DNA from: Candidatus Babeliales bacterium
GTDB lineage: Bacteria; Babelota; Babeliae; Babelales; Vermiphilaceae
Assembly: GCA_963743635.1 (NCBI GenBank)
Contig: CAVUQO010000003.1
Location: 288,001-352,000 of the forward strand
Reading direction: 5' to 3'
Length of the DNA stretch: 64,000 nt
Shown here: in pieces, positions 8,813 through 17,912 of the stretch
Position numbering within the stretch: position 1 is the stretch's first letter
Layout: every line of letters begins with the position of its first letter
Notes under the pieces: generated by a model
The model's database searches: none
Told to the model about the DNA's origin: nothing
Seen by the model: the letters and a program-made list of their open reading frames with translations, nothing else
Made by a program: the position numbers and the translations under genes

Positions 8813-9573
8813 TTCGTTATAAGTGTGTAGTAGCCTATGATGGCACAGGATACGTCGGTTGGCAGCGCCAATTAGAGCAGCGTACCATTGCGGGAACGTT
8901 GGAATCTGCCTTTCAAAAAGTGTTTGGTCATGAGATCAAAATGCTTGCGGCATCGCGCACTGATGCTGGTGTACATGCACGAGCGCAAGTGGCTGCTTTT
9001 GATACGCATTTAACGATTGATCCGTCTGCAATACTCATTGCATGGAATGGAAAATTGCCGGCGGGCATCACCATTCGTTCAATTGCGGTATGTGAAAATA
9101 CCTTCAATCCGCGTTATCACGTTGCGCAAAAAACCTATCACTATAATTTCTTTCTTGAACCGCCATTGCCCTTTTATGAGCGGTATGGATGGCATGTGCG
9201 TTACCAGGTAGACCTTGAGAAATTGCATGCTTGTTTACAGACTTTTGTGGGCACGCATGATTTCAGTTCTTTTGCCACAGTAGATGGTACCAAAAATCCT
9301 ATTCGTACGATTCATGCGATTGATCTCTCATTTGATCCGGTTAGCCGTATGCATACCATTTCTATCAAGGGCCCATCCTTTTTACGCTTTATGATCAGAC
9401 GTATTGTGGGTGCTTGTATTGATACGGCATCTCGTAAAGAGGTATTGCCTTCACTCTTGGCAGAAAAGCTCGCGGAAAAAAATCCGACGCAGCGCTTATT
9501 TCGTGCGCCTGCGCATGGATTAGTGCTGGATAGTATTGAGTACGTGCCACGCCATAGTGCAAAATCTCAGTGA
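8809..9573 (+). CDS. truA: tRNA pseudouridine(38-40) synthase TruA
   Basis: AYDGT.Y.GWQRQ, SRTDAGVHA..Q, GTHDFSSF, FLRFMIRRIVG, APAHGLVL. Confidence 0.96.
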   Translation: MIRYKCVVAYDGTGYVGWQRQLEQRTIAGTLESAFQKVFGHEIKMLAASRTDAGVHARAQVAAFDTHLTIDPSAILIAWNGKLPAGITIRSIAVCENTFNPRYHVAQKTYHYNFFLEPPLPFYERYGWHVRYQVDLEKLHACLQTFVGTHDFSSFATVDGTKNPIRTIHAIDLSFDPVSRMHTISIKGPSFLRFMIRRIVGACIDTASRKEVLPSLLAEKLAEKNPTQRLFRAPAHGLVLDSIEYVPRHSAKSQ

Positions 9574-9703
9574 GCTTAGAGCGGCGGGTAAAAAAAAGCA
9601 GATAATTAAGGCTTTCCGAGCAAACAAGTTATACATCTACACAAGATTCGGTAAACTTGATACAACTATCCTATAATTCAATCAATAATCTAAGGTCATT
9701 ATC

Positions 9704-10285
9704 ATGATACAAAAACAACGTTCTTTGTTATCAAAATTGTTGCTCGTCACCGCGCTTTCAGCGGCAACCTTTGGCGGTATTTACTATTACCGCACCAATT
9801 ATTCAAATGTCGTGGCTCAACCATTAATTTCCGATTATAAGCCAGCGCGTGACAGAGCCGATATTATTGCAGTATTTAATTCAGAGGACCTTTATTGGCT
9901 GAGTGCAAGTGATTATTATAATGCGGCATTTATGCTTGATAATCATGCGCCAAATGATCGCGATATGCGCTATTTTGGTGCATTGCAAATTAAGGTATTG
10001 CGCGAGGGTAATGAGTTTATTGGATTTACCGCCTACTATAAAAAGACGGCGAATGAGGGAATGATACTCTTTGTCTATGTTAAGCCTGAAATGCGCGGTA
10101 AGCGATACGCTCAAAAGCTGGTGGAATATGATCTAGAAGCGTTACGCGCTATGGGCGTGCATATCGTCAAACTCTTGACCCGCACGAGCAATCATAGAGC
10201 ACAAGCAGTCTATAATCGTTTGGGCTTCACCGTTACCAGCATTGATGAAGAAGGTGGATTTGTATACTACATGAAGATCGTCTAA
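9704..10285 (+). CDS. GNAT acetyltransferase with N-terminal membrane anchor
   Basis: VYVKPEMRGKRYAQKL and N.RA..VY..LGF motifs. Confidence 0.85.
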   Translation: MIQKQRSLLSKLLLVTALSAATFGGIYYYRTNYSNVVAQPLISDYKPARDRADIIAVFNSEDLYWLSASDYYNAAFMLDNHAPNDRDMRYFGALQIKVLREGNEFIGFTAYYKKTANEGMILFVYVKPEMRGKRYAQKLVEYDLEALRAMGVHIVKLLTRTSNHRAQAVYNRLGFTVTSIDEEGGFVYYMKIV

Positions 10286-10866
10286 TACTCTTTCTCGCCT
10301 GAGCATTTCCCCCATCTGTGGCATAGAAAGTGTCTTACATTTTGACACGCTTGTTCTGATACACCATCCGATCGAGCGATATTGAACAACTGCTCAATGC
10401 TGCTATGGTAAGCAGCGATCTTTTGGTTTAACGTATTCTTATTTGCATCCGTTTTTCTGCGCTGTAGCTCTCGTATAATTTCACCATGCAGAAAAATAAT
10501 ATCAACAACTTTTTCTTGAGGCGTTAAGCCTGTTTGTTTGTGGACGATGGAGACAATCGCAAGATTTGCGGTAAATATGCTGGACTGTAATATTTGGGGA
10601 TTGTTGTTGAGAAAGTTTTCAAATCTATAAGGATTAAAGAGAATTCTTTGGGGCTCTGCATCGAGTGATGCCATTAAAATTTCTGTACGCTGATTTTTTA
10701 CTAAAGCGTTCTTATATTGCGCTTTTTTTTGCAGGTATTCGCTATGAATATCTGCAGTGGTTTCGTTTGGATCAATCTTATAGGCTTTGAGCATCCCAAA
10801 AGCATTGTGTCCTGAAAATAAGAATACGCTCAGCAATAAAGAGGAAATAGGGTAGGCGTGGCTCAT
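10282..10866 (-). CDS. Secreted hypothetical protein, paralog of 10895-11527
   Basis: Signal peptide ending HNAFG-M; shares N.E..L..NP.I and HRW..C with its neighbour. Confidence 0.7.
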   Translation of the reverse strand: MSHAYPISSLLLSVFLFSGHNAFGMLKAYKIDPNETTADIHSEYLQKKAQYKNALVKNQRTEILMASLDAEPQRILFNPYRFENFLNNNPQILQSSIFTANLAIVSIVHKQTGLTPQEKVVDIIFLHGEIIRELQRRKTDANKNTLNQKIAAYHSSIEQLFNIARSDGVSEQACQNVRHFLCHRWGKCSGEKEY

Positions 10867-10894
10867 GTACGTCCTTTTCCGTAAGTTATGAGGA

Positions 10895-11527
10895 TTAGAA
10901 GTTGCCAAAAGGTGATGCGGCATAGAATGCTATACAGGTACACTCATTCCAGCGGTGACGGGCAGTATGCAGCGCAGTGTTGAGAGCTTCTCGATCATTG
11001 TTGTCATAAGCCTTATGGTATTCTTCCTTCGCCAAGCGCTTTAATGCCGGAATATTCGCATATATCATCTTGGGATTTTGTACCCTTTTACATTTTAGAA
11101 GTTGGCGTGCGGTTTCGCAGTAGATTGTTGCTCGTTGAAGATGTTTAAATTGTTCAGAGGGAGTTTCTGAGATTGTCTGGCCTTCATGGTTGCGTATCTT
11201 AATCTGATTCTCAATGCGATATATCATCCTTGAATTAGCCATGAATAATGCTTGCCAAGGAATTGTAGGGTTGTAGTACAAATATTTTTCATAGTTTGGG
11301 GCGTCAAAGTATGTTTTGCCTTGTGGCGTTTGTTGCAATGCTGCACTGGAAATTTTTTGGGCATAACTATTTATTTCAGAATACTCACGGCAGACCGCTT
11401 GAAGTCTTGCGTCTCTCTTGAAAGCCGTGTCATACGTTGCCTTTAGCGATGATGACATGCCGAATGTGGCGTGATTCCAAAGGGTTAGCAGGACTAACAT
11501 TGGGATATGCAAACGGGTTATTTTCAT
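10895..11527 (-). CDS. Secreted hypothetical protein
   Basis: Signal peptide ending HATFG-M; 210-aa ORF. Confidence 0.7.
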   Translation of the reverse strand: MKITRLHIPMLVLLTLWNHATFGMSSSLKATYDTAFKRDARLQAVCREYSEINSYAQKISSAALQQTPQGKTYFDAPNYEKYLYYNPTIPWQALFMANSRMIYRIENQIKIRNHEGQTISETPSEQFKHLQRATIYCETARQLLKCKRVQNPKMIYANIPALKRLAKEEYHKAYDNNDREALNTALHTARHRWNECTCIAFYAASPFGNF

Positions 11528-11619
11528 GGTTTTTGAAATTCCTATTGTAATAACATTGTGAAATATCCATTATTATAAGCATTTTTTGGTGCTTTCACAA
11601 ATTTTATACATGTAGGGTT

Positions 11620-13137
11620 TTACTGCATAACCTCAGGAACGGGTAGATTGAGTTGCCTCAATATGAATGGTGCGATATCCGATAATGATTTCAGCGGGAG
11701 GTTTTTGGGTGGGTTTTTGGATAATACGATGAAGGGGACCGGATTGGTGGTATGAGATGTTTTGGGTTCTTTCGTGATGAGATCACACATCAATTCAGCA
11801 TCTCCATGATCCGCGGTGATATAGATTGTGCCGTTCATCGTAATCACGAGTTGTTCATAGAGCCGTGCAAGTTCGTGATCGAGTGTTTCAATGGCTTTGA
11901 TTGCTGCGGGTAGATTGCCTGAATGACCAACCATATCTGCGTTCGCGTAATTGATGAGGTATACATCGCATGGATCATGTGTGAGTGATGCAAGTACCTG
12001 ATCAGTGATTGCATGGGCGGACATCTCTGGATGCTCGATATAATTGCGTACATGAAGCGAAGGAATGAGTGTTTGAGTTTCGGTATCATATGGTTTTTCA
12101 CGGCCACCCTTGAAAAAATAAGTGACGTGCGCATATTTTTCTGTTTCTGCGATTGCAAAAAGCGTTTTATGCTGCGCGTGTAAAACATCGGCAAAGGTGT
12201 CTTTTAAGGGGCCATTATGGGGAAGTAATGTCTTGGTTGGTAGATCGGCGGCGTATGAAACCGGCGTGAAGAACCAGAGCGGTTGAAAGGAAGTTTTGAA
12301 AGGCTTGAAATCATGTGTGATGAATGCAGCGGTAATTTGACGTGAGCGATCAGGCCTAAAGTTGGCGCAGATAACCGCATCGCCGGGGCGAATGACGGCA
12401 TCGCGATCAATCAGTGAAGGAGGCATATATTCGTCAGTTATTCCTTTTGCGTACTGGGCATCGATATAAGATTGCCAGTCCTTGTAGTGTGGCTCTGCAG
12501 GGGTTGTGAGCGCGCGATAGGAAACTTCAGTTCTATCCCAATTTTTGTTGCGATCCATGGCATAAAATCTGCCATGCAGCGAGCCTAGAGCGCCGGCATC
12601 AATGCTTGCACGTGCGTCATCAAGTGCAGTTAAGTATTCGCGCGCCGATTCGGGCGGAGCGTCGCGTCCATCGAGAAAGGGATGAATGAAGATATGAGAG
12701 ATCTCGTGCTCATGGGCGGCTTTGAGGTAAGCAAAGATGTGTTTTGTCAGGCAATGGACGCCTGCATCTGAGAGTAGGCCCATAATGTGTAGTCTATTTG
12801 AGCCTTTCCTTACTTGCTCAAGGCAGCTGGTGAGCGTGGGGTTGGTGAAAAACGTCCCATCATCGATTGCCTCATTAATGCGCGTGACGGCCTGCTTAAT
12901 CACCCGTCCAGCCCCAATAGTCATATGCCCAACCTCAGAATTTCCCATATAACCTTCGGGGAGGCCAACGGCCGGCCCAGATGCCTGCAGCAAGGTGTGG
13001 GGGTAATGGGCTAACCATTGATTCAAATGCGGGGTATTGGCTTGCGCTATGGCATTACATTCCCGGTCTTTTCGGTAACCAAAACCATCAAGAATAACGA
13101 GTGCGATGGGTGCCTTGTTGACTTGTTTTCCAGCCAT
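11620..13137 (-). CDS. gpmI: 2,3-bisphosphoglycerate-independent phosphoglycerate mutase
   Basis: LVILDGFG, GNSEVGH, DGRD, GRFYAMDR, AETEKYAHVT, NADMVGHSG, TADHG. Confidence 0.97.
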   Translation of the reverse strand: MAGKQVNKAPIALVILDGFGYRKDRECNAIAQANTPHLNQWLAHYPHTLLQASGPAVGLPEGYMGNSEVGHMTIGAGRVIKQAVTRINEAIDDGTFFTNPTLTSCLEQVRKGSNRLHIMGLLSDAGVHCLTKHIFAYLKAAHEHEISHIFIHPFLDGRDAPPESAREYLTALDDARASIDAGALGSLHGRFYAMDRNKNWDRTEVSYRALTTPAEPHYKDWQSYIDAQYAKGITDEYMPPSLIDRDAVIRPGDAVICANFRPDRSRQITAAFITHDFKPFKTSFQPLWFFTPVSYAADLPTKTLLPHNGPLKDTFADVLHAQHKTLFAIAETEKYAHVTYFFKGGREKPYDTETQTLIPSLHVRNYIEHPEMSAHAITDQVLASLTHDPCDVYLINYANADMVGHSGNLPAAIKAIETLDHELARLYEQLVITMNGTIYITADHGDAELMCDLITKEPKTSHTTNPVPFIVLSKNPPKNLPLKSLSDIAPFILRQLNLPVPEVMQ

Positions 13138-13257
13138 AGATCCTCCTTCTGGGGGGCGTACATATACTTTTTCCTTAGTATCTATATACTAAAATGAGGA
13201 AAAAGATATTGGCAGTGCCCTATATGAAGGTCAAAACATACCCGCTGGAGTATAATT

Positions 13258-13659
13258 ATGAAACCTATATTGTTATCATTCGTTTTGTTAGTGAGTAGTT
13301 CAACGCATATTTGTGCGATGGAAACTCGTTCAAAAAAACAAGAAGAAATACAAACATTACGCAATACAATAGACGCCGAGGTGAATGCCGCGCCTGCAGC
13401 TAAGCGGGCAGATGTGCTTGATGGATGGATTAAGACACTTGAGGTAATGGAGCAAAGCGCGAATACCGCATGCCACTATACAAACCTGCGTATTCATTAT
13501 CAAGATCAATTAAAGATGCTCTTTGAAGATATTGGGTATCTAGCAGCAGGACTCAAGACTATCGTTCAAACGGCGCCTCAAGATCGTATGCGGGATGCAA
13601 TGCTTAAAGATGATGCTGCCTTAGTATTGATTGGACTTCCTAAAGAACAACCTAAATAA
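13258..13659 (+). CDS. Secreted hypothetical protein
   Basis: Signal peptide ending ICA-ME; 133 aa. Confidence 0.7.
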   Translation: MKPILLSFVLLVSSSTHICAMETRSKKQEEIQTLRNTIDAEVNAAPAAKRADVLDGWIKTLEVMEQSANTACHYTNLRIHYQDQLKMLFEDIGYLAAGLKTIVQTAPQDRMRDAMLKDDAALVLIGLPKEQPK

Positions 13660-13675
13660 TCAAGGGATTAAAATT

Positions 13676-13999
13676 ATGAAATCAATTATATTATCTATCG
13701 CATTATTGAGTGCACCGGTTGTTATCGCAGAATCACATTTAGAGATGACTGAAATCCAAGAAACTATGACAGAAAAAGTAAGCTTCGATGCGACATCAGC
13801 GCAAGAAGCCCAAGAAATGGATGAATTTGACATATTGATGGATAGCGATGTGCGTTTGGATGATATTGAAGAGCCCAAGCCCGTCTCTCCGTGCGAGGCA
13901 TACCTTAAAGGAATTGGCGTGCATTTATTGATGAAATACATTGCGCTCAGAACATGGATGGGAGAGCAATGGACTGCATGGGCACCATGCAATGCATGA
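13676..13999 (+). CDS. Secreted acidic hypothetical protein
   Basis: MKSIILSIALLSAPVVIA signal peptide. Confidence 0.65.
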   Translation: MKSIILSIALLSAPVVIAESHLEMTEIQETMTEKVSFDATSAQEAQEMDEFDILMDSDVRLDDIEEPKPVSPCEAYLKGIGVHLLMKYIALRTWMGEQWTAWAPCNA

Positions 14000-14006
14000 G
14001 AGGACT

Positions 14007-14753
14007 ATGAAATCATCAAATAAACATGAATTTGCGGTATACATACCACAAGTATCTTCAATATCAAAGCATCTTTCGTTAACCGATGCTGACGTAGTAC
14101 ATCGCGTGCGTTCAGTATTACGTCTTTCAAAAGATGATGAATTTATCGTGTTTGACGGACGGCAACATGCGGTCTGTATCATTACCGATATTACAAAAAA
14201 AGCAGTATCAGTACGCATTCTTTCATGCGAGTCCACGCTGATATTGCATCCCACTATCACATTCTTATTGCCATTGCTCAAACGAGAAGCATTTGAGCGT
14301 ATGATATATGCGTGCGTAGAATTGGGAGCAAACGTCATTCAACCAATCAGCACCGAAAAATCACAGCGCTCATGGCGAAGCGAAAAAGAGCTGGAGCGTA
14401 TACACAAGATCATGATCGCGGCAGCAGAGCAATCAAAACAATTTGCAATCCCTGAAATTCATCAGCCATGTTCTTTGCCAGAAGCAATTCAGATGCAGCA
14501 AGAAGGCAATATCAAGATTGTAGCAGACCCGGCAGGTCTACCGTTATATCAACTGTTGACAGAGATCCAACAGAACGTGCAGAATAAGGCAGTTAACAAT
14601 ATTATCATAACGATGGGTCCTGAGGGTGATTTTTCTGAGGTTGAAAAAGAACTTTTGCGCACTGCATCGTACCAATCGGTTAGGCTGACTCCTACCGTGC
14701 TTCGCTCGCAGCAAGCCGGTGCATTATTGCTTGGTGTCATCCGATCAATCTAA
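14007..14753 (+). CDS. rsmE: 16S rRNA m3U1498 methyltransferase RsmE
   Basis: H..SVLRL, ELGA..IQP..TEKS, AAEQS, GPEGDFS, VLRS. RBS gagagga before 14007. Confidence 0.92.
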   Translation: MKSSNKHEFAVYIPQVSSISKHLSLTDADVVHRVRSVLRLSKDDEFIVFDGRQHAVCIITDITKKAVSVRILSCESTLILHPTITFLLPLLKREAFERMIYACVELGANVIQPISTEKSQRSWRSEKELERIHKIMIAAAEQSKQFAIPEIHQPCSLPEAIQMQQEGNIKIVADPAGLPLYQLLTEIQQNVQNKAVNNIIITMGPEGDFSEVEKELLRTASYQSVRLTPTVLRSQQAGALLLGVIRSI

Positions 14754-14765
14754 AGGTTTTGATCT

Positions 14766-15053
14766 ATGCAGCGATATCTGGTTATTATGGGATTGTGTGT
14801 AGTGGTTGCCTCATGCTATGGCAATGGAAACGAATCCCCTTCATTAGAAATTCAGCCTGCTCAAAAAATTGGTTCATTCGTGTCTCAAGTAGGCAGTGGG
14901 ATTTATGGGTTAGTATTATTAACCGTCTATGCGGTGGGCGATATACCGTTTTATCTAGAGCGCAGCGTATCAGCCCCAGATTTATCCGAACCTTCATATG
15001 AGCGGTATCTTTTGCGCTCATCCAAATCATGGGCTCCTGCAAACAATAAATGA
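14766..15053 (+). CDS. Small secreted or lipoprotein hypothetical protein
   Basis: Signal-like N-terminus (VVASC); co-oriented with neighbours. Confidence 0.5.
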   Translation: MQRYLVIMGLCVVVASCYGNGNESPSLEIQPAQKIGSFVSQVGSGIYGLVLLTVYAVGDIPFYLERSVSAPDLSEPSYERYLLRSSKSWAPANNK

Positions 15054-15099
15054 AGCACTTAACGGGTTAAAACCCGTTAGAATGCGCAAATTAATTTAA

Positions 15100-15156
15100 C
15101 CCAGTCTTCGCTTTTACTTCGAAGTTTTACTCCACGAAGGATTTTGCTTCGTCGGG
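15100..15156. repeat. Family B repeat with expanded internal segment
   Basis: cccagtcttcgc-ttttacttcgaagttttactccacgaaggatttt-gcttcgtcggg is homologous to the reverse complement of 5127-5187. Confidence 0.65.
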
Positions 15157-15277
15157 TTCTATTTGCTTCGAGCCACACGCTAAAGCATGTCGCTTTTCGC
15201 GAAATAGAATAATATTGATTTTTACGAGTTCCTTTCGGTACCCTGAGAAAAACATATGGGGAAAAAAGGAGAACGGA

Positions 15278-16279
15278 ATGATCAAGTATAAAATGTCTGA
15301 CATCGATGTCTTGCTCAGTGGCTTGTTAGTTTTTAGCATTGTGGTCGGTGGGTTGCACCATGTTTCTTTGGCGGCGATCAAAGGCGCCGTTCCTCAAAAG
15401 GCCGAAGCAAAAAAGACCGCATCAGAACAAGAATCCAAAAATCCTTGGGAAGATAGTACACTTGAAGAATTACAAGAGCTTATTCAACCGCTCATTGAAA
15501 GCGAGAGCGTTGAGAAATTGGTTGAGCAAATTGCCGGTCTCACATTGCCAAAGATGATTCCTCTCTTACAGAGCATTTTAGAAAATAAGCAAAAAATGTT
15601 AGATCGTGACGATCGAGTTGAGCTTCTTTTGGGTGTTGCTGCTACCTATAAAAAGTCAGAAGAAAGAAATGCGATCTTAGATTTGATTCTCAATCCAAAA
15701 TTTGCGTATCTCCAAAAAGGTAATCCTCTTATCTACGTGGCCGCAACGAGCAAATATCCTGCAATGATACCAGTGATTAAAGAATGGTATGCAAAAAAGG
15801 TTGCGTCGCAGGCCAATGCTGCGGAGTTGACCGACAATATGGAAAAAAATGCCTTAGAGCAGACGGTTAAAGAAAAAAAACTGAAAGCCCTTGAAGCAAT
15901 GCAACAGAATGGTGTTGCGATGACTCAAGATCGCCAGAGTCTCTTATTGCATGATGCGGTAGATAAGAAAGCGGGCGTCGATATCGTAACATTTCTGCTC
16001 AAAAATGGCGCTGAGGTAAATTCAGCGATAGAGGGTTATACACCGCTTTTAACAGCAGTCAAAAATAGTGATTTAGAGCTGGTAAAACTTCTGGGAGAGA
16101 ACGGCGCAGACGTCAACTTGATAGCGGATAATTCTGTGGGAAATCCATTACAAATGGCTGACAGCATGATTCGCGCGGCGGCAAGCAAGGCGCAGAAAGA
16201 AAAGCGAGATCCAAAAGCTGCAAGTAAGACTGCGGTAGATATTAAAGAATATTTGATCGAAAAGGGCGCTCAGTACTAA
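15278..16279 (+). CDS. Ankyrin repeat protein with N-terminal hydrophobic segment
   Basis: LLHDAV..IVTFLLKNGAEVN, GYTPLLTAV..LVKLLGENGADVN. Confidence 0.88.
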   Translation: MIKYKMSDIDVLLSGLLVFSIVVGGLHHVSLAAIKGAVPQKAEAKKTASEQESKNPWEDSTLEELQELIQPLIESESVEKLVEQIAGLTLPKMIPLLQSILENKQKMLDRDDRVELLLGVAATYKKSEERNAILDLILNPKFAYLQKGNPLIYVAATSKYPAMIPVIKEWYAKKVASQANAAELTDNMEKNALEQTVKEKKLKALEAMQQNGVAMTQDRQSLLLHDAVDKKAGVDIVTFLLKNGAEVNSAIEGYTPLLTAVKNSDLELVKLLGENGADVNLIADNSVGNPLQMADSMIRAAASKAQKEKRDPKAASKTAVDIKEYLIEKGAQY

Positions 16280-16956
16280 GAGCACTTGCTAAATTGCTGT
16301 GTTTTTAAATAGTGCGGCATGAGTTGATGCGAAACATTTTCATGACGTTCCCAGTGCGCAAGTCCCATCAAGCCTATTTGCTGTATTGAACAGGTGTGGG
16401 GAATTGGTTCAGGAATAATGGCGCGAGTGCCGAAAAGTTCATCGATAAGCGGACGATAGGTTGCGATTGCATTGCCTAGCCATTGTATTGTTGGAGCGTC
16501 TGCAAACGCCGTCGCGATTTCCTTCAGGAACTGTTCCCCGTTTGCGGAACCGGTAACCAGCATGTCATCTTGATCGTAGTAGGCATAATATACATCATGA
16601 CCGAATGCATTGAGCATGCAGATCGTGCGATCGTATGTCGGATTTTTATATTCAGTGATGAAAGCCAGAAGACCATCTACTCCCACCAATTTAACCGTAC
16701 TCGCGAAGGCGATGCCATTGAGCGTGGCGATAACCGTTCGGAGTGTGGTAAAGGGACCAGGACCGTAATTTGCGGCGATAAAGGCAAGATCAGAAAGCTT
16801 GAGTTGATGCTCGGCGAGTGCGCGGTCAAGAGTTGGGATGAGTTCAGCGCTCGCCTGAAATTTACTTATATGATAATGAGCAAGCATGACCTGCCCTCGA
16901 AAGAGTGCGAATTCTATGCCATCATAGGTGTGTTGTATTGCTAAGAAGATGTTCAT
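16276..16956 (-). CDS. tsaB: t6A biosynthesis protein TsaB
   Basis: MNIFLAI, L..IAANYGPGPFT.LR, C-terminal LMPHYLK. Confidence 0.88.
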   Translation of the reverse strand: MNIFLAIQHTYDGIEFALFRGQVMLAHYHISKFQASAELIPTLDRALAEHQLKLSDLAFIAANYGPGPFTTLRTVIATLNGIAFASTVKLVGVDGLLAFITEYKNPTYDRTICMLNAFGHDVYYAYYDQDDMLVTGSANGEQFLKEIATAFADAPTIQWLGNAIATYRPLIDELFGTRAIIPEPIPHTCSIQQIGLMGLAHWERHENVSHQLMPHYLKTQQFSKCS

Positions 16957-16962
16957 GAAAAA

Positions 16963-17142
16963 TTAACCGCGATTCCTTGATTTATTTTGTTGATAAAAAA
17001 CACTAAAGGAGTCGAATTCAATGTTTTTTTCCTTACGTAGTATTATTTTACCACAATTTAGGCATTTCCATCCATCAAAATTGAGGAAATGATCGAAAAA
17101 AGATTGTAAAACCATGGTGCCTTCGCATTTTTTACATTTCAT
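16963..17142 (-). CDS. Small zinc-ribbon protein (two CxxC)
   Basis: MKCKKCEGTM...WKCLNCGKII; strong aggagg RBS. Confidence 0.75.
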   Translation of the reverse strand: MKCKKCEGTMVLQSFFDHFLNFDGWKCLNCGKIILRKEKNIEFDSFSVFYQQNKSRNRG

Positions 17143-17328
17143 TGTACCGCCTCCTTTTTTTACGGGGCACAAAGAACGCTCATGGAGTCTATATCGGTTT
17201 TATGGCGCACCCATCAGCAATGATGGGTGTGAGCGAACAGAGTTTCCACGTGGCTTCATTACATTTCAAAAGGTAAGCAATTTACCTTCCTAATGTCAAT
17301 GGTTCATCTTTTGGTAGATTTCGCTACT

Positions 17329-17390
17329 CCCTACTTCGCTATCCTTCGACACTTTGACCAGCTCAGGGACGAGCTACGAGGGGCAGGCAG
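17329..17390. repeat. Family B repeat with a family A core nested in its loop
   Basis: ccctacttcgct[atccttcgacactttgaccagctcagggacg]agctacgaggggcaggcag. Confidence 0.7.
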
Positions 17391-17400
17391 GAGGAGGTAA

Positions 17401-17826
17401 TTATTCCGTATCAGAATCATCGGAGCGATGAAAGGCGCGATAATCAAGGTAGGAAGAAAGGATAAAGGCGGCTGCCACTGAATGGGCTTGAATTTTTTCT
17501 TCTTTTGATCGGGATTGCTTGAGAGAATCGGCTCGCTTGCTGCTTAATCGTTCATCCCATAACACCCAGGTCTTATCAGGAAATGTTGCTTCGAGGTGTT
17601 CTTTGGCGGCAACAACCTTTTTAGTTTGATCGCTTTCAGTGCCACGCATTGTTTTCGGGTAGCCGACAACAACTGTACCAATATTTTCTTGTTTGAAAAG
17701 AGCTGTCAGGAATGCATCAAGTTCACCGGTTGCGGCTGTTTTATAGGGGCGGGCAGTGATGCCCAAAGCATCTGAAAGGGCCGTTCCAGTCCACGCATCA
17801 CCAATATCAAGGCCAAGCAGTTTCAT
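17401..17826 (-). CDS. ruvX: YqgF/RuvX family nuclease
   Basis: LLGLDIG...G.ALSD, VVGYP..M.G, WDERLSS, AAAFIL..YLD. Confidence 0.93.
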   Translation of the reverse strand: MKLLGLDIGDAWTGTALSDALGITARPYKTAATGELDAFLTALFKQENIGTVVVGYPKTMRGTESDQTKKVVAAKEHLEATFPDKTWVLWDERLSSKRADSLKQSRSKEEKIQAHSVAAAFILSSYLDYRAFHRSDDSDTE

Positions 17827-17912
17827 GATTTCACCAAAAGGGGTATGAAAAATTGATAAAAATAATATAATGATTTCCTCTACTATACATCAATAAGTAA
17901 GGAAAAGAAATT

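Noticed and set aside
15060..15079. aacgggttaaaacccgtt hairpin as a separate REP family
   Set aside because: Single copy in the window directly after a stop codon; cannot be distinguished from a terminator-like hairpin.
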